NCBI GenBank assembly: GCA_963822585.1
Contig: CAWGIE010000031.1
Location: 288,001-352,000, forward strand
From: an uncultured bacterium
GTDB taxonomy: Bacteria; Auribacterota; Erginobacteria; Erginobacterales; Erginobacteraceae
Direction: 5' to 3'
DNA: 64,000 nt
This document shows, in pieces, positions 1 through 12,094 of the stretch. Both the position numbers and the translations under genes were made by a program. A model generated the notes under the pieces. The model searched no databases, had not been told where the DNA came from, and worked only from the letters and a program-made list of their open reading frames with translations. Each line of letters opens with the position of its first letter. Positions within the stretch are counted from its first letter, which is position 1.

Positions 1-3000
1 CAACCACCACCGGCGAACCCCCGTAGATAAACCATCCCCCCGTGCCCGCCGGGAAACACCAGGTCCGGAAGATCCCGAACTCGGCAGCGAGAGCGGGAGA
101 CTGGAAGTTCCCGATCACCGGGAGATCTTCCTTATAACCCCATCCCCATGCGTACTTACCAATGCCCTTAATAAAGAACCAGGCGGTCGAGGTCGGTTTC
201 GGCCAGAAGGTGGCATAGTCAGTTTTTCCGTCCCCGTCGTAATCCAGCGGGATCGGGACATTCCCGCTAAATCCCCAACTGATCCTGGCCGGGTCACCAT
301 CCTTAACATACCACGTGCCGTTTGATTCCCTCCAGACCGCCTTGTCGGCTGTCCCGTCACCGTTATAGTCTCCGGGGACGGGAATATCTCCGAGAAGACC
401 CCACACGGTGTACGGTTCACTCCCACCCAAAATCAGCCACCTGCCGGTGGCGTCAAGGTCCCAGACCGCATAATCGGTACACCCGTCGCCATCGTAATCC
501 CCGGGGATCGGCCAGTCACCCCAGTTTCCCCAGGAAAGTCCGGAAGTTATTACGGCGGGACCGATCCCGTTCAGTACGTACCATCTGCTGGTATACTTGT
601 TATAATAGGCGATGTCCGCGGTCCCGTCACCATTGTAATCTCCGCTGGCCGGGATATCTCCTTCATTCCCGCCCCAGACCACTCCTTCGGTTACGCCATC
701 GATAAACCACTCTCCGGTCGAGGGACGATAGAGGGCGTAATCGGTATAGCCGTCGCCGTCATAATCGTCGAAGTCGATCACCAGGTGACGCGGGGTTGAA
801 TCGGGAACCGGCGTCGGCGTCGGTGTATCATAATCCGCCGGGGTCAATGTCGGGGAGGGAGTGCCGCTCGGCGTGGCTGACGGCGTCGCAGTGATCGTGG
901 GGGAGGCATAGTCCTGGGAGGTGGGACTGGGACTCGGGGTCGGTGGCGGTGACGGCGTGGCGAAATAACAAATCCAGTCCAGTCTGCTTACAAAACAATC
1001 CCACGATCCGCCTCGACTCGTTTGATAAGGATTCTGCAGAGGGAAATCTTCCGAAATGGTCTTGCCCAAACAATAAAGCATATCTCCCGAGTTGCCGGCT
1101 ATGCCGTAACCGATGTCTATTCCAGCACCGCCCAGGTAGGTGGAAGAGAGAATGCTGTCCCCGGAAGCCGAGAATCTTACCATGAAGGCGTCAGAAGTTC
1201 CTTCACCAAAACTTGCCTGATAAGCATACTTGATGGGAAAATCAGTCGATCTGGTCTCACCGGTTATATAGATTTCTCCCCCGATCTGCATTACTCCTTT
1301 TCCCTCGTCCCAATCACTCCCCCCTATGTAACTACTGTACTGCAGAGACGACCCGGAGGGAGATAACTTTACGGCCACTACATCCCGGAAACCCGCCAGG
1401 CTTTCCTGATAAGCATTTAGGGTTGGGAAGTCAGAGGACTGGGTGGATCCAACCAGATATGCTGAACCTGCCGTATCTATCGCCACTGCCTCGCCGTGCT
1501 CCGTGCTGCTTCCTCCCAGATAAGTGGAGTAAAGGAGATCTGAGCCGGAAGTGGATAATTTACTGATAAAGGCGTCATAGTCCCCCCCGCCGTATTCCGC
1601 CTGCAAAGCACTGGAAGTTGGAAAATCAGTGGAGTCAGTGTCCCCGGACACATACGCGTAGCCTGCCGCATCCACTTCAATGCCCCAAGCTCCATCGGTC
1701 AGTCCGCCACCCAGATAGGTTGAATAGATCAGCGCCGATCCACTGGAAGAGATCCGGGAAACATACGCATCCCATCCTCCCCCGGACTCGGACTGATAAG
1801 GATTTACTGTGGGGAAATTTGAAGAATACGTGTGACCGGCCACACAGGCAGAAAGATCGTCGGCGAGATCGATCCCCATACCATACTCCCAGTTTGTTGC
1901 TCCCAGGTAGGTAGAATATATCAGTGAAGAACCGGTAGAGGATAATTTGCTCACAAAGACATCATAACCTCCTCCCAGAGAAGCCTGGAAGGCGCTGACG
2001 GTGGGGAAATTGCTTGATTGAGTTCTGCCGGTAATATAAACGCACTTGTTTGAATCAATATCGATACCTTTGCCCAGATCCCTGTCGGCTCCGCCAAGAT
2101 ACGTAGAATAAATCAACGTACTCCCCGATGAAGAGAACTTGGAAATGAAGGCATCGTATCCCACAACTGTAGCTTGATATTCATTTTTGAGCGGGAAATC
2201 AGCGGATTGAGTAAACCCGACTATATACGCACAACCTTCCGTATCAAGAACAACTCCACTGCCCTGATCATCCCCGCTACCGCCCAGGTAGGTTGAATAA
2301 CCCAGGCCCCAGCGGCAGATCAGATACTCCGGCGTGGGGGTGGCTGTGGGAACGGGGGTCACCGTCGGCGATGGCGTTGGCGTGGCGGTAATTACCGGCG
2401 TCGGCGTGATCAGGCACTTCACCAGCACGTCGTCCAGGGCCAGATCGCCCACGCTCTGCGTGTAGGTGAACTTCACCTTGCTGCTCGCCACATTCAGCGT
2501 CAGTCCGGTGAAGACCGTCCCGTCCGTGGGTAGCGGGAGAAGATCGGTCACGGCGGACCAGCCGATGGCAACCGCGTACTCCTCGACCAGGAGATGACTG
2601 GAAGCGTCGGTCCCCTGCCCCTTGACCCAGAACTGGAGCCACTCGCCGGGGAGGAAGGAGGCGCTCTCGACGCTGTCGTCGGTGGCGGCGAGCTTGATCG
2701 AGGGCGAGAGATATCCGAAGTCCCCCGCCGTGGTGTAGGTGTCGGAGTCCTGGTCGCAGCCGGTAAAGATCCACCCGGCCGGGCGGGTCCCGGTCTGGAA
2801 GCCGCCAAAACCCTCGCTGATCCGCGTGCAGATCGCCGGGGTCGGACTGGGGCTCGGTCTCGGGCTCGGGCTCGGCGTGGCCGAAGGCGCCGCCGTTGGT
2901 GTCGGACTTGGGCTCGGGGTCGCCGTCGGCACCACTGTCGGTGTCGGGCTGGGACTCGGGCTCGGCGTGGCCGAAGGCGCCGCCGTTGGTGTCGGGCTCG

Positions 3001-6000
3001 GGGTCAGGGTCGCCGTCGGCACCACTGTCGGTGTCGGGCTGGGACTCGGGCTCGGCGTAGCCGAAGGCGCCGCCGTTGGTGTCGGACTTGGGCTCGGGGT
3101 CGCCGTCGGCACCACTGTCGGTGTCGGGCTGGGACTCGGGCTCGGCGTCGGCGTAATCCGGCACTTTATCAGCACATCGTCGATGGCCAGATCGCCCACG
3201 CTCTGCGTGTAGGTGAACTTCACCTTGCTGCTCGCCACATTCAGCGTCAGTCCGGTGAAGACCGTCCCGTCCGTGGGTAGCGGGAGAAGATCGGTCACGG
3301 CGGACCAGCCGATGGCAACCGCGTACTCCTCGACCAGGAGATGACTGGAAGCGTCGGTCCCCTGCCCCTTGACCCAGAACTGGAGCCACTCGCCGGGGAG
3401 GAAGGAGGCGCTCTCGACGCTGTCGTCGGTGGCGGCGAGCTTGATCGAGGGCGAGAGATATCCGAAGTCCCCCGCCGTGGTGTAGGTGTCGGAGTCCTGG
3501 TCGCAGCCGGTAAAGATCCACCCGGCCGGGCGGGTCCCGGTCTGGAAGCCGCCAAAACCCTCGCTGATCCGCGCGCAGATGACCGGAGTCGGTGTTGGGG
3601 TGATGATCGGGGCGGTCGGACTGGGGGTCGGCGTCGGCGTCAGAGACGGTGTCACGCTCGGGGTGACACTCGGGGTCACGCTCGGGGTTGGCGTCGGAGT
3701 CACCGTTGGCGTCGGAGTCACCGTCGGTGTCGGGGTCCGGGTCGGGGCCGGGGATGGGGTGATCAGGCATTTTATCAGCACGTCGTCCAGGGCCAGGTCA
3801 CCCGCGGTCTTGTCGTAGGTGAACTTTACCTTGCTGCTTAACGGGTCCAGTGTCAATCCGGTGAAAACCGTTCCAGCCAGGGGGAGCGGCAGGATGTCGG
3901 TCACCGTTGTCCAGGAGCCAGAATACTCCTCCACCAGGAGGTGGCTGGTGCTGTCGGTCCCTTGCCCCTTGACCCAGAACTGGAGCCATTCGCCGGGGAG
4001 AAAGGATGCGCTCTCGACACTGTCGTCGGGCGCGTCGAGCTTGATCGAGGGCAAGAGGTAGCCGAAGTCCCCCGCCGTGGTGTAGGTGTCGGAGTCCTGG
4101 TCGCAGCCGGTGAAGATCCACCCGGCCGGGCGGGTCCCGGTCTGGAAGCCGCCAAAACCCTCGCTGATCCGCGTGCAGATGACCGGCGTCGGCGTCGGCG
4201 TGATCACTCGGGCCGTGGGGCTGGCGGACGGCGTCGGCGAAGCCGATGGCGTCGGGGAGGGTACGTCGGCGGGGTAAAGAAGCTTGGCGGCAAAGGCGTC
4301 GTAACCCCCGGCCAGGCTTGATTGATAGGCGTTGACTACCGGAAAGTTAGTCGAACTGGTATGACCGGATACGCAGACATACGGAGAGTCCAGGGCCAGA
4401 GCCCGGCCCTGATCCGTACCCGAGCCGCCGAGGTAGGTGGAATAGATGAGCGCGGAGCCGTCGGCGGCGAATCGGGCGACGGTGGCGTCATAACCACCGG
4501 CATTGGTTGACTGGTAGGGGTTGACGACCGGGAAGTCGGTCGAGGACGTCGAGCCGGCGATCACCGGCGATCCGTCGGCCACCTCGACACCGTAGCAATA
4601 CTCGAGACCGGTCCCGCCCAGGTAGGTGGAATAGGTGAGCGAGGCGCCATCGGTGGCGAAGAGAGTGAGAAAGGCATCGTTGGTCCCGGAACGGGATGAT
4701 TGGTAAGCGTTCGATACCGGGAAGTCGGCCGAAAAGGTATCCCCCGCCAGGTAAACGCCCCCGGCGGTGTCGACGGCCAGACCGTAGCCGCTGTCCCCGT
4801 CGATGCCTCCCAGGTAGGTCGAATAAACCAGAGACGTCCCGTCGGAGGTGAACTTGCTCACGAACCCGTCCGAACCGCCGGCCAGGGAGGACTGGAAGGC
4901 GGAGGCGGTGGGGAAGTCGGCGGAGTAGGTGAATCCCCCCAGGCAGATGGTGCCTCCGGAGACGACCACGGCATAACTGTCATCGTCGGAGGCGCCCCCC
5001 AGGTAGGTGGAGTAAAGGAGAGTGGACCCGTCGGATGAGAATCGGCTGACAAAGGCGTCGTCATCCGACCCGGCAGCGCCGCCGTGGGTGGACTGGTACG
5101 GGTTGGCAACCGGAAAGTCGCCGGACATGGTAAATCCCGCCACATAGGGTGTGTCGTTCTCCACGAAAATACCGTACCCGAGATCGTCGTCGCTGCCGCC
5201 CAGGTAGGTCGAGAAAATGAGCGCCGACCCGGTACTGGAGAATTTGGTCAAAAACGCGGCGGACGCGCCGGGGCGGGCACCCTGGTAGGCGCTAACCACC
5301 GGGAAGTCGCTCGAGTAGGTCGTGCCGACAACGTAAGCCTGGCCGTCGGAGTCAACCGCCAGGCCGTTACCGTACTCGCTGCTCTTGCCGCCGAGATAGG
5401 TCGAGTAGATCAACGCTGAGCCGGTCGAGGAGAATTTGCTGACAAACACGTCGTAAAATTTATTCAGGGCGGATTGGTAAGCGCCGACGACCGGAAAAGT
5501 GGTCGACCGGGTGTATCCGGACATGTAACCGAAGCCGTCCACCACCTCAAACCCGCGGGAATAGTCATTGTTGTCACTTCCGCCGAGATAGGTCGCGTAC
5601 TCCAGCGTCAGGTTAGGGGGCGTCGGGGTCGGGGCGGCCGGGGTCGCGGTCGGGACCGCCGTCGGCGTCGGGCTGGCCGTGGGGACCGGCGTCGCGGTGG
5701 GGACCGGCGTCGCGGTGGGGACCGGCGTCGCCGTGGGGACCGGGGTCGCCGTGGGCACGATCGTCGGCGTCGGTGTCAGGAAACCGACCGGGGTCGAGGT
5801 GGGCGTCGGCGTGATCGCCGGCGGGTTGCCCCGGATGATGATATCGTCGAGAGCGATGTTCCCCGCCGACTTGTTCATGGTGAAGCGGATCTGGTCGGTT
5901 GGGTTATAAAGGTTGATCGGTCCCACCGTCACCCCCGCGCTCGTGTTGGGGATGTAGGTGAATTCGCCCAGCGGGTACCACTCCCCGCCGTAGTGGTCCT

Positions 6001-7714
6001 CAACCAGGAGGGAAGTGGAGGTGTCAACCGAACTCCCCCGCATCCAGAACTGGAGCGAGGTGGCATCGTTGAGGACGCGGGTGACGATCTGATCGTCGTT
6101 ATCGGCGAGTTTGATCGAGGGGGAAGCAAGTCCGTAGTAGCCGGCATTGGTATAGGTGTCGCTGTCGGCGTTGCAGCCGATGAAGGTCCACCCCGATGGG
6201 CGCACCCCGTTCTGGAAATTGTCGAATCCCTCATCAACGACAATGTCGTGGGAGGTGACGTGGTAGGACTTGAGGACCGGGCGGTGAGTGATCCCCTCAT
6301 AATAAAGATCATCGTACTGGATGGGGGGGACCTCAGAGAGAGGGACGAAAACATGGGTATCGAAGACATTCCCGGCCGTGAAGGTCTGGAACGAGGTGTA
6401 GGCCTGCCCGATGTTGGTGGTGATGTGGGTGTCTTTCAGCAACGTGTTGGGCATGATCCAGTCGTAGGGGTACGTCCGGGGATCGGTCGAGTTGGTATTG
6501 GAGTTCCCCTCCCGGTCCATGGGGATGTAGTCGTTGTATTCCAGGTAGGTGTCGAAGACGGCCAGGCAGGGCTCGTCCGCGGTATCCCGGGAGTAGCAGT
6601 TCATGTCGCCGGCCAGGACCGCGTACGTGCTCTGCATGTCGAAGTTGGCCTGCATGTAGGCCTTGAGCTGGTTGGCCTGGTCCTCTCTGATCAGCTCGTC
6701 CGCAGACGTGCTTCCGGCCTTGAGGTGGACGGAGACGATCTGGAGGTCCGTGTCGCCTGGGATGTCGATCACCGCCCAGGCGAAGTTCCGCCCCAGGGAC
6801 TCGTGGCCGACGTCCTCCCAGGTCCCGGCGGTGGCGATGGTCCAGCGGCTGATGATCCCGCAGGCGGCGCCGGCGTCCTCAAAGTAGAAGTCGAAATCGG
6901 TCCCGAAGGCAGCGTCCACCCAGGCCCGGGTGCTGGGGTAAGTGGATTGGACGCTGAATTCCTGGGCGGAGACGATATCCGGTTCCAGTCCCTGGAAGAT
7001 CCGGGCTGCCGGATCGCCGTATCGATACTTAAAGGCCATGATGTTGGTGGTGCAGATGGTGAGCGATTCCTCGTTCTCGACCGGCGTCGGCGGCGGCGTC
7101 GGCGTCTTGTAGCCGACCGCCGTCGGGGTCACGGTTGGGGTATCCGCAGGGGTCGGCGTCACCGCCGAAGTCGGTGACGGGCTCGCGCTCGGTGTCGGTG
7201 ACGGCGTCGGGGATTTGTTGGTGTCGGTTAAAAAAACATCGTCAAAAGCCAGGTTACCGTTAAACTTGCTATAGGAAAACTTCAGCTGGCTGGAACTGGG
7301 GTTGAGGGCGAGGTTGGCGATCGTGGTCCCGGTTGTGGGCAGGGGGAGGATGTCGGTCACCGTGGTCCAGGATGCGGCGTATTCCTCGACAAGGAGATAG
7401 CTGGTGATGCCGGTGCCAACTCCCTTGATCCAGAACGAGAGGACGTCGGGAGAAGAAAAGGTATCGGTGGTTATCCAGTCAGTAGACGAGTCGAGCTTGA
7501 TCGAGGGTGAAGCCGCACCGAAGTTAGTGGCGGTGGTATAGACATCCCAGTCCGCTCCGCAATTGGTGAAAGTCCATCCGGCCGGGCGGTTCCCGGTGTC
7601 AAACCCGTCGAAGCCTTCGTCAATCAGCGTGGCCCCGTAAAGGATCGGTGCAAGGGAGAGGAGGAGCACCGCGACGGCGGCGGTCACCGTGAAGTAAAAA
7701 CTTCGTGGCTTCAT
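1..7714 (-). CDS. Giant secreted modular protein (>2570 aa, 3' end runs off the window): signal peptide, five copies of a ~135-aa repeated domain, EEP (endonuclease/exonuclease/phosphatase) domain, two SBBP beta-propeller regions, Pro/Thr linkers, C-terminal FG-GAP/VCBS-like repeats
   Basis: ATG at 7714 with GGAG upstream, [27 protein letters not shown]. Manual translation shows the same frame (pos mod 3 = 1) at 7714 and 661, and the track lists no closed ORF in this frame. Motifs: [22 protein letters not shown] (EEP), repeated YSTYLGG (SBBP), DYDGDG/DYNGDG (FG-GAP-like). Confidence 0.85.
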   Translation of the reverse strand, partial: MKPRSFYFTVTAAVAVLLLSLAPILYGATLIDEGFDGFDTGNRPAGWTFTNCGADWDVYTTATNFGAASPSIKLDSSTDWITTDTFSSPDVLSFWIKGVGTGITSYLLVEEYAASWTTVTDILPLPTTGTTIANLALNPSSSQLKFSYSKFNGNLAFDDVFLTDTNKSPTPSPTPSASPSPTSAVTPTPADTPTVTPTAVGYKTPTPPPTPVENEESLTICTTNIMAFKYRYGDPAARIFQGLEPDIVSAQEFSVQSTYPSTRAWVDAAFGTDFDFYFEDAGAACGIISRWTIATAGTWEDVGHESLGRNFAWAVIDIPGDTDLQIVSVHLKAGSTSADELIREDQANQLKAYMQANFDMQSTYAVLAGDMNCYSRDTADEPCLAVFDTYLEYNDYIPMDREGNSNTNSTDPRTYPYDWIMPNTLLKDTHITTNIGQAYTSFQTFTAGNVFDTHVFVPLSEVPPIQYDDLYYEGITHRPVLKSYHVTSHDIVVDEGFDNFQNGVRPSGWTFIGCNADSDTYTNAGYYGLASPSIKLADNDDQIVTRVLNDATSLQFWMRGSSVDTSTSLLVEDHYGGEWYPLGEFTYIPNTSAGVTVGPINLYNPTDQIRFTMNKSAGNIALDDIIIRGNPPAITPTPTSTPVGFLTPTPTIVPTATPVPTATPVPTATPVPTATPVPTASPTPTAVPTATPAAPTPTPPNLTLEYATYLGGSDNNDYSRGFEVVDGFGYMSGYTRSTTFPVVGAYQSALNKFYDVFVSKFSSTGSALIYSTYLGGKSSEYGNGLAVDSDGQAYVVGTTYSSDFPVVSAYQGARPGASAAFLTKFSSTGSALIFSTYLGGSDDDLGYGIFVENDTPYVAGFTMSGDFPVANPYQSTHGGAAGSDDDAFVSRFSSDGSTLLYSTYLGGASDDDSYAVVVSGGTICLGGFTYSADFPTASAFQSSLAGGSDGFVSKFTSDGTSLVYSTYLGGIDGDSGYGLAVDTAGGVYLAGDTFSADFPVSNAYQSSRSGTNDAFLTLFATDGASLTYSTYLGGTGLEYCYGVEVADGSPVIAGSTSSTDFPVVNPYQSTNAGGYDATVARFAADGSALIYSTYLGGSGTDQGRALALDSPYVCVSGHTSSTNFPVVNAYQSSLAGGYDAFAAKLLYPADVPSPTPSASPTPSASPTARVITPTPTPVICTRISEGFGGFQTGTRPAGWIFTGCDQDSDTYTTAGDFGYLLPSIKLDAPDDSVESASFLPGEWLQFWVKGQGTDSTSHLLVEEYSGSWTTVTDILPLPLAGTVFTGLTLDPLSSKVKFTYDKTAGDLALDDVLIKCLITPSPAPTRTPTPTVTPTPTVTPTPTPSVTPSVTPSVTPSLTPTPTPSPTAPIITPTPTPVICARISEGFGGFQTGTRPAGWIFTGCDQDSDTYTTAGDFGYLSPSIKLAATDDSVESASFLPGEWLQFWVKGQGTDASSHLLVEEYAVAIGWSAVTDLLPLPTDGTVFTGLTLNVASSKVKFTYTQSVGDLAIDDVLIKCRITPTPSPSPSPTPTVVPTATPSPSPTPTAAPSATPSPSPSPTPTVVPTATLTPSPTPTAAPSATPSPSPSPTPTVVPTATPSPSPTPTAAPSATPSPSPRPSPSPTPAICTRISEGFGGFQTGTRPAGWIFTGCDQDSDTYTTAGDFGYLSPSIKLAATDDSVESASFLPGEWLQFWVKGQGTDASSHLLVEEYAVAIGWSAVTDLLPLPTDGTVFTGLTLNVASSKVKFTYTQSVGDLALDDVLVKCLITPTPVITATPTPSPTVTPVPTATPTPEYLICRWGLGYSTYLGGSGDDQGSGVVLDTEGCAYIVGFTQSADFPLKNEYQATVVGYDAFISKFSSSGSTLIYSTYLGGADRDLGKGIDIDSNKCVYITGRTQSSNFPTVSAFQASLGGGYDVFVSKLSSTGSSLIYSTYLGATNWEYGMGIDLADDLSACVAGHTYSSNFPTVNPYQSESGGGWDAYVSRISSSGSALIYSTYLGGGLTDGAWGIEVDAAGYAYVSGDTDSTDFPTSSALQAEYGGGDYDAFISKLSTSGSDLLYSTYLGGSSTEHGEAVAIDTAGSAYLVGSTQSSDFPTLNAYQESLAGFRDVVAVKLSPSGSSLQYSSYIGGSDWDEGKGVMQIGGEIYITGETRSTDFPIKYAYQASFGEGTSDAFMVRFSASGDSILSSTYLGGAGIDIGYGIAGNSGDMLYCLGKTISEDFPLQNPYQTSRGGSWDCFVSRLDWICYFATPSPPPTPSPSPTSQDYASPTITATPSATPSGTPSPTLTPADYDTPTPTPVPDSTPRHLVIDFDDYDGDGYTDYALYRPSTGEWFIDGVTEGVVWGGNEGDIPASGDYNGDGTADIAYYNKYTSRWYVLNGIGPAVITSGLSWGNWGDWPIPGDYDGDGCTDYAVWDLDATGRWLILGGSEPYTVWGLLGDIPVPGDYNGDGTADKAVWRESNGTWYVKDGDPARISWGFSGNVPIPLDYDGDGKTDYATFWPKPTSTAWFFIKGIGKYAWGWGYKEDLPVIGNFQSPALAAEFGIFRTWCFPAGTGGWFIYGGSPVVV
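2415..3578. repeat. Near-identical ~400-bp intragenic direct repeat (~2415-2830 and ~3160-3578, offset 747 bp), with a diverged third copy at ~3765-4178
   Basis: Identical shadow ORFs 2548..2808 and 3295..3555; sequences match by eye over ~390 bp. Confidence 0.9.
2860..3150. repeat. 90-bp tandem repeat (three copies) encoding a Pro/Thr/Ser linker
   Basis: ccgaaggcgccgccgttggtgtcgg recurs at 2881, 2971 and 3061. Confidence 0.9.
5675..5760. repeat. 18-bp tandem repeat encoding (PTATPV)n
   Basis: gtggggaccggcgtcgc(g/c) repeated about four times. Confidence 0.85.
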
Positions 7715-7830
7715 TTTTTTCTCCAGCCTGGTGTGGAAAATCAGGACAGATTAACCACTCCTACCATCAATACGGGCAGTATTTGTTCAGGGCTGTAAAC
7801 GTGGAATTAAAATAGGATGCACTTTTTATT

Positions 7831-7859
7831 AATATAGAGTATATCCCATCGATTGTCAA
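7831..7859 (-). promoter_or_regulatory. Sigma70-type promoter for the giant protein gene
   Basis: Minus strand TTGACA (7859-7854), 17-nt spacer, TATATT (7836-7831), ~115 nt upstream of the ATG. Confidence 0.6.
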
Positions 7860-8316
7860 TCAAGAATCGGTTAAAAATAGTGATTTGTCAATTACTTTCC
7901 CTCATTTTACTGCCGTAAAATGCATGAAAAATGCCAGATATGCGCAGGGACCACATTCCGATCTATCATCGGCTTGACAAGTGGCTGTTTCAATTCGCAA
8001 TACTGCCCCGAATATCTTCCTCGATGGCGGCTTTTCATGACAATAGACATTTTTTGTCGTTTCCGCCATCCGGGGCGCGTTCCCGGTTTTCCTGATTTAA
8101 GATTCTGTCCCCCAAAAAGGCCCCCTGGGTGGGCGACGTTTATACACACTACGTCATAGAGTTTCGCCCGGGCAGACAGGCGAAGGAGAAATTTTTCTGG
8201 CCGACCGGTGATGCCGGTATTCCTCCGGCGAGGCCGGGAAAAGAGGGTAAACAATCTGATTTACTTGCATGGGAAAACTTCTTGATCAACTCTCCCTGCC
8301 GGCAGGGACACCCGGT

Positions 8317-10170
8317 TCAGCGCAGGGGGATGTAATCGGGGCCACCCCAATAGCTGCGGGTTTCCCCCCGGATCACCCAGAGGCCCGCGGAGGGCCGGTA
8401 GATGCCAATCCGACCGGTCCCGTCGCCGCTATAATCGGCCGGCTGGGGGATATCGCCGGGTCCGCCGAAGTAGATCCGGGAGAGCGTCTCGATCGCCCAG
8501 AGTCTGGCGGCGGGACGAAAGATTCCGAAATCGGCCGCACCGTCGCCGTCGTAGTCGGAAGGGACCGGGTAATCGCCCGGCCGGCCGAAGTAACCACGTC
8601 GTGTCTCCCGGACCGCCCAGAGGCCGGCGGAGGGACGGTAGATCGCGATCCGGGCCGGTCCGCTGCCGTCATAATCTCCCGGGACGGGGATATCTCCTGC
8701 GCTCCCGAAGTAAGCTCTCTCCCCTCCCCTGATCGCCCAGAGACCGGCGGCGGGACGGAAGATCCCGACTTCGGTCGTCCCGTTTCCGGCGTAGTCGGCC
8801 GGGACCGGCTGGTCGTTGCCGGAACCGAAATAAAGGCGGCTGATGCCGCGGACGGCCCAAAGGCCGGTGGAGGGACGGAAGATCCCCTCTTCCGTCGTTC
8901 CGTCGCCGTTATAGTCACCCGGAGCGGGGATGTCGCCCTCTCTTCCGAAATAGATAACCGTGGGACTGGTTCCGAGCCCGTAATCAACCACCCACCGGCC
9001 CAGGGAACCGTTCCAGACCGCGATATCGGCGCTGCCGTCACCGTTGTAGTCGCTGGAAGCGACCACCAGGAAAGAAATGGTCGGGGCGGGGCTGGCAGTG
9101 GGGGCGGGGCTGAGCGTGGGGGCAGGGCTCAAGGTCGGAACGGGACTCGATGTCGGTGCCGGGCTCGGTGTCGAAACGGGACTCGATGTCGGTGCCGGGC
9201 TTGGTGTTGGTGAGGGGGTGGCGGAGGGACTGGGTGTGGGGGAAGTCGGAGGCCCCTGATCCCAGACATAGACCGAGCTGTCGGTACAGCCGCCATATAT
9301 ATACTGATTGTCGGCAAAGACCGAGTTCATCCAGTCCGTTCCATTGTCGAGGGCGGTGGTGAAGAAAAGGGCGTACCGGTTCCAAACATCGACATTGTCA
9401 TCATCGGCCGCGGCGAAGATAAAGCGTTCACGGCTGAAGACACCGTTTATCCACTCCCCCGCGCCGCTCAGGGCGGTCTGGAGGCTGAAATCGGACAGAT
9501 TCCAGACATAGAGAAGTCCGTCTTTACACCCCCCATAGAGATAGTTCTCATCGGCATAGACCGAGAGGAAACCTCCGCCGCCGTTTAACTGCCGCTGGAA
9601 GGAGAAATCCGCCCGGGACCAGATGTAGAGGGCATCGTCCTCTCCCGCCCCGTAGATGTAATCGTTGTCGGCATAGACGTCGTTCAGGACATCGGTGCAT
9701 TCGGTGAGGACAGCGTTGAAAGAGAGATCGGAACGGTTCCAGATATAGAGGTCGCTGTCACCGCTGGCAGCGTAAACATAGGTGCCGTCGGCAAAAATAC
9801 CGTAGATGGGACCTCCCCCCTCGACAAGCGTGCTTTCCAGGCTGAAGGAAGCCGTATTCCAGACATAGATAGAATCGTCCGAACAGCCGGCAAAGACCGA
9901 TCCCCCCTGGACCGCCACTCCGTTCAAATACGAGTCGGAGGCGGAAAGGATAGTCTGGAGGGAGAAGTCGGCCCGGGACCAGACATAGAGGGAGCCGTCG
10001 CCGCAGGCACCGTATATGTTGCTGCCGTCGGCGGTGACGCCGTTGATGCTGAGCGGAGCTTCCGGGAGCGTGGCCCGAAGGTCAAAGGGCGCAGAAAAGA
10101 GATGACCGCCGAGGACGCAGGATAGTATAATTCCGATAATGACAACCGATTTCCGGCATCCATTCATCAT
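8317..10170 (-). CDS. Secreted WD40-like beta-propeller protein with PT linker and C-terminal FG-GAP/VCBS-like repeats
   Basis: Signal peptide; about seven repeats of V.ADxxYIYGAxxDxxLYVW; PSPTPSP linker; DYNGDG..DIA.(W/F)RPSxGLW repeats. Start moved to ATG 10170 (GAGGA RBS). Confidence 0.85.
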   Translation of the reverse strand: MMNGCRKSVVIIGIILSCVLGGHLFSAPFDLRATLPEAPLSINGVTADGSNIYGACGDGSLYVWSRADFSLQTILSASDSYLNGVAVQGGSVFAGCSDDSIYVWNTASFSLESTLVEGGGPIYGIFADGTYVYAASGDSDLYIWNRSDLSFNAVLTECTDVLNDVYADNDYIYGAGEDDALYIWSRADFSFQRQLNGGGGFLSVYADENYLYGGCKDGLLYVWNLSDFSLQTALSGAGEWINGVFSRERFIFAAADDDNVDVWNRYALFFTTALDNGTDWMNSVFADNQYIYGGCTDSSVYVWDQGPPTSPTPSPSATPSPTPSPAPTSSPVSTPSPAPTSSPVPTLSPAPTLSPAPTASPAPTISFLVVASSDYNGDGSADIAVWNGSLGRWVVDYGLGTSPTVIYFGREGDIPAPGDYNGDGTTEEGIFRPSTGLWAVRGISRLYFGSGNDQPVPADYAGNGTTEVGIFRPAAGLWAIRGGERAYFGSAGDIPVPGDYDGSGPARIAIYRPSAGLWAVRETRRGYFGRPGDYPVPSDYDGDGAADFGIFRPAARLWAIETLSRIYFGGPGDIPQPADYSGDGTGRIGIYRPSAGLWVIRGETRSYWGGPDYIPLR

Positions 10171-10351
10171 CTCTGCGTCCTCGAAGTATCCTGGCACTGG
10201 TGATTTAAATTCCCCGGCCGTGAAAGGGCCCAGGGAAGACCCAGCATAAATGTGCGAGCGCAGCTCGCGAATATATTGCTTCGGGATTACACTACTGTCT
10301 TATTGGGATGTACTATGAAAAGTGTCCTGTCTCTTGACACCTTCCACTTTA

Positions 10352-10478
10352 CACGTTCCACGTGAACTTAGCTTCGCAACTGAGGGAGGGCACGGCGGCC
10401 CTCCCCTACGTAGGGGCCGACCGCGGTGTCGGCCCGATTTATTGAAATTCCGAAACAGCAAGTTAGCGCGAAGCGCTG
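10352..10478. repeat. REP-like GC hairpin pair (GGGAGGGC..GCCCTCCCCTAC / GTAGGGGCCGACC..GTCGGCCC) within a short element
   Basis: Hairpins visible. Right end AAGTTAGCGCGAAGCGCT matches the reverse complement of 14640-14657 with one mismatch. Confidence 0.5.
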
Positions 10479-10549
10479 ACTTGATATGTATAATATAGTG
10501 CGATCGGCGGGGATCGTCAAGCCATTTACAGCAATCCGGGAGGGACCTT

Positions 10550-11908
10550 TTGGATACCATTACCATTGTCGGGGCCGGGGTCGCCGGCCTGACCGCGGGT
10601 TACCATCTCAGCCAGAAGGGGATTAAAGTAACCGTGGTCGAAAAGGAAGATCGACCCGGCGGTCTGGCTCGCAGTTTCCGGTACGGAGACTTCATCTTCG
10701 ACGTCGGGCCGCACCGTTTCCACACCGAGGATCAGAACGTTCTCCGATTCATCAAAATGATCCTGGGGAAGGATTCGGTCGTCATACCCCGATCCAGCGG
10801 GGTTTACTTTTTCGGGAGATACCATGACTGGCCGCTTCGCTTCCGGACCATCTTCAAGCTCCCCCCCTCTCTTACGGTACGGGTGGCCCGGGACCTGGTC
10901 CACCGGCAGCGGCGGACGGGGACCAGCTTCGAAGACTACATCGTCAATATGTACGGCCCCACGCTCTATGACTCGTTCTTTAAGATTTATACCGAGAAAT
11001 TCCTCAAGCACGATCCTTCCCTGATCCATTCCGACTGGGCCAAGGCCGGCATCGACCGCGCGGTGATCGATAGGAAGATGCAGGCAAACACGCTCTCCAG
11101 CCTCATCCGGAAGACACTCATCCCCCAGCCCGTCTCCACCGAGTTTATCTACCCCACCACCGGGGGCATCCAGCTTTTCAGCGACCGGCTGGCGGAAGAG
11201 ATCGTCAAAAACGGCGGCGAGATCCGCCTCAATACCGACGTCCGGGAGATCAGGGCCGGGAAGAAAACGATCGAAGAGATCGTACTCTCCGACGGAAGCC
11301 GGCTCCGCCCGGATCTTCTGATCTGGACGGCCCCCATCGATCTCCTCTGCGGTTTCCTCGATATTGAGGAGCCGCGGCTCTCCTATCTCTCGGCGCTGCT
11401 CTATAACGCCGAGGTCGAAGGGGCCCCGGCGGTTCCTTACCAGTGGTGTTACTACGGTCAGGAAGACATCGTCTTCAACCGGATCAGCATCCCCCGCAAC
11501 TTTTATCCGGGGACGGCCCCCGAGGGGAAGACCGGGATCAACCTGGAGGTGACCTGCCGGGAGGGGGACGGGGTCTGGAACGATCCCGAGAAGCTCTGCC
11601 GGGTGGTGACCGAGGACATGGTCAGGGTGGGGCTGGTGGCGGCACCCGACGACGTCCGGGCCATTCACATCGAGAAGGCCGTCAACGTCTATCCCATTTA
11701 TGAACTGGACTATCTCTATCCCCTTCAGAGAATTCTCAACCATTTAAGCTACATCGGCAACCTTCTCCTGCTGGGAAGGACCGGCACCTTCTGGTACAAT
11801 AACATGGATCACTCGATCGCCGCCGGGATGGACGCGGCCGAAGACATCATCAGCAGCGAGCGGGGGGGCATCCATCCTCTCTACCACCGCAACGACTTCT
11901 GGAAGTAA
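10550..11908 (+). CDS. FAD-dependent oxidoreductase, HemY/UDP-galactopyranose-mutase-like, glycan-locus associated
   Basis: GAGVAG Rossmann motif, GGLARS, FDVGPHRF, C-terminal GRTGTFWYNNMDHSI; TTG start with GGAGG RBS. Confidence 0.8.
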   Translation: MDTITIVGAGVAGLTAGYHLSQKGIKVTVVEKEDRPGGLARSFRYGDFIFDVGPHRFHTEDQNVLRFIKMILGKDSVVIPRSSGVYFFGRYHDWPLRFRTIFKLPPSLTVRVARDLVHRQRRTGTSFEDYIVNMYGPTLYDSFFKIYTEKFLKHDPSLIHSDWAKAGIDRAVIDRKMQANTLSSLIRKTLIPQPVSTEFIYPTTGGIQLFSDRLAEEIVKNGGEIRLNTDVREIRAGKKTIEEIVLSDGSRLRPDLLIWTAPIDLLCGFLDIEEPRLSYLSALLYNAEVEGAPAVPYQWCYYGQEDIVFNRISIPRNFYPGTAPEGKTGINLEVTCREGDGVWNDPEKLCRVVTEDMVRVGLVAAPDDVRAIHIEKAVNVYPIYELDYLYPLQRILNHLSYIGNLLLLGRTGTFWYNNMDHSIAAGMDAAEDIISSERGGIHPLYHRNDFWK

Positions 11909-11975
11909 CAGAGAACCCGAAATATTTAATCAGGCGTGGTGCACGGGCCGGTTCCAAATCCGCCTCAGGCGAAAA

Positions 11976-12062
11976 GGAGTAATGGAATAATGGAGTATTG
12001 GAGTATTGAGTGCGGCAGCCAGCCGGCCCCCATCACTCCATCACTCCAATACTCCATTATTT
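11976..12062. repeat. Inverted arrays of the octamer TGGAGTA(A/T) / (T/C)ACTCCA(T/A)
   Basis: ggagtaatggaataatggagtattggagtatt ... catcactccatcactccaatactccattat. The same family occurs at ~14868-14902, 16250-16285 and 48991-49070. Confidence 0.75.
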
Positions 12063-12094
12063 CGTAAATTTTCATGCTTAAATAGTTATCGACT

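Noticed and set aside
2860..3150. Periodic repeats as a CRISPR array
   Set aside because: Coding tandem repeats without unique spacers; no cas genes.
2415..3578. Near-identical repeat pair as a DGR template/variable repeat (with the four helix bundle gene as Avd)
   Set aside because: No reverse transcriptase in the window, the copies are essentially identical rather than differing at adenines, and both are in-frame domains.
2277..7177. Long ORFs 2277..3770 (-), 5474..7177 (+) and many smaller ORFs in 1-7700
   Set aside because: Alternate-frame or antisense shadows of the GC-rich giant minus-strand gene; their translations are low-complexity with no motifs.
7870..8310. Possible ncRNA, riboswitch or small ORFs in the long intergenic region
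   Set aside because: No recognisable RNA motif and the ORFs lack RBS or protein-like features; an Rfam search would be needed.
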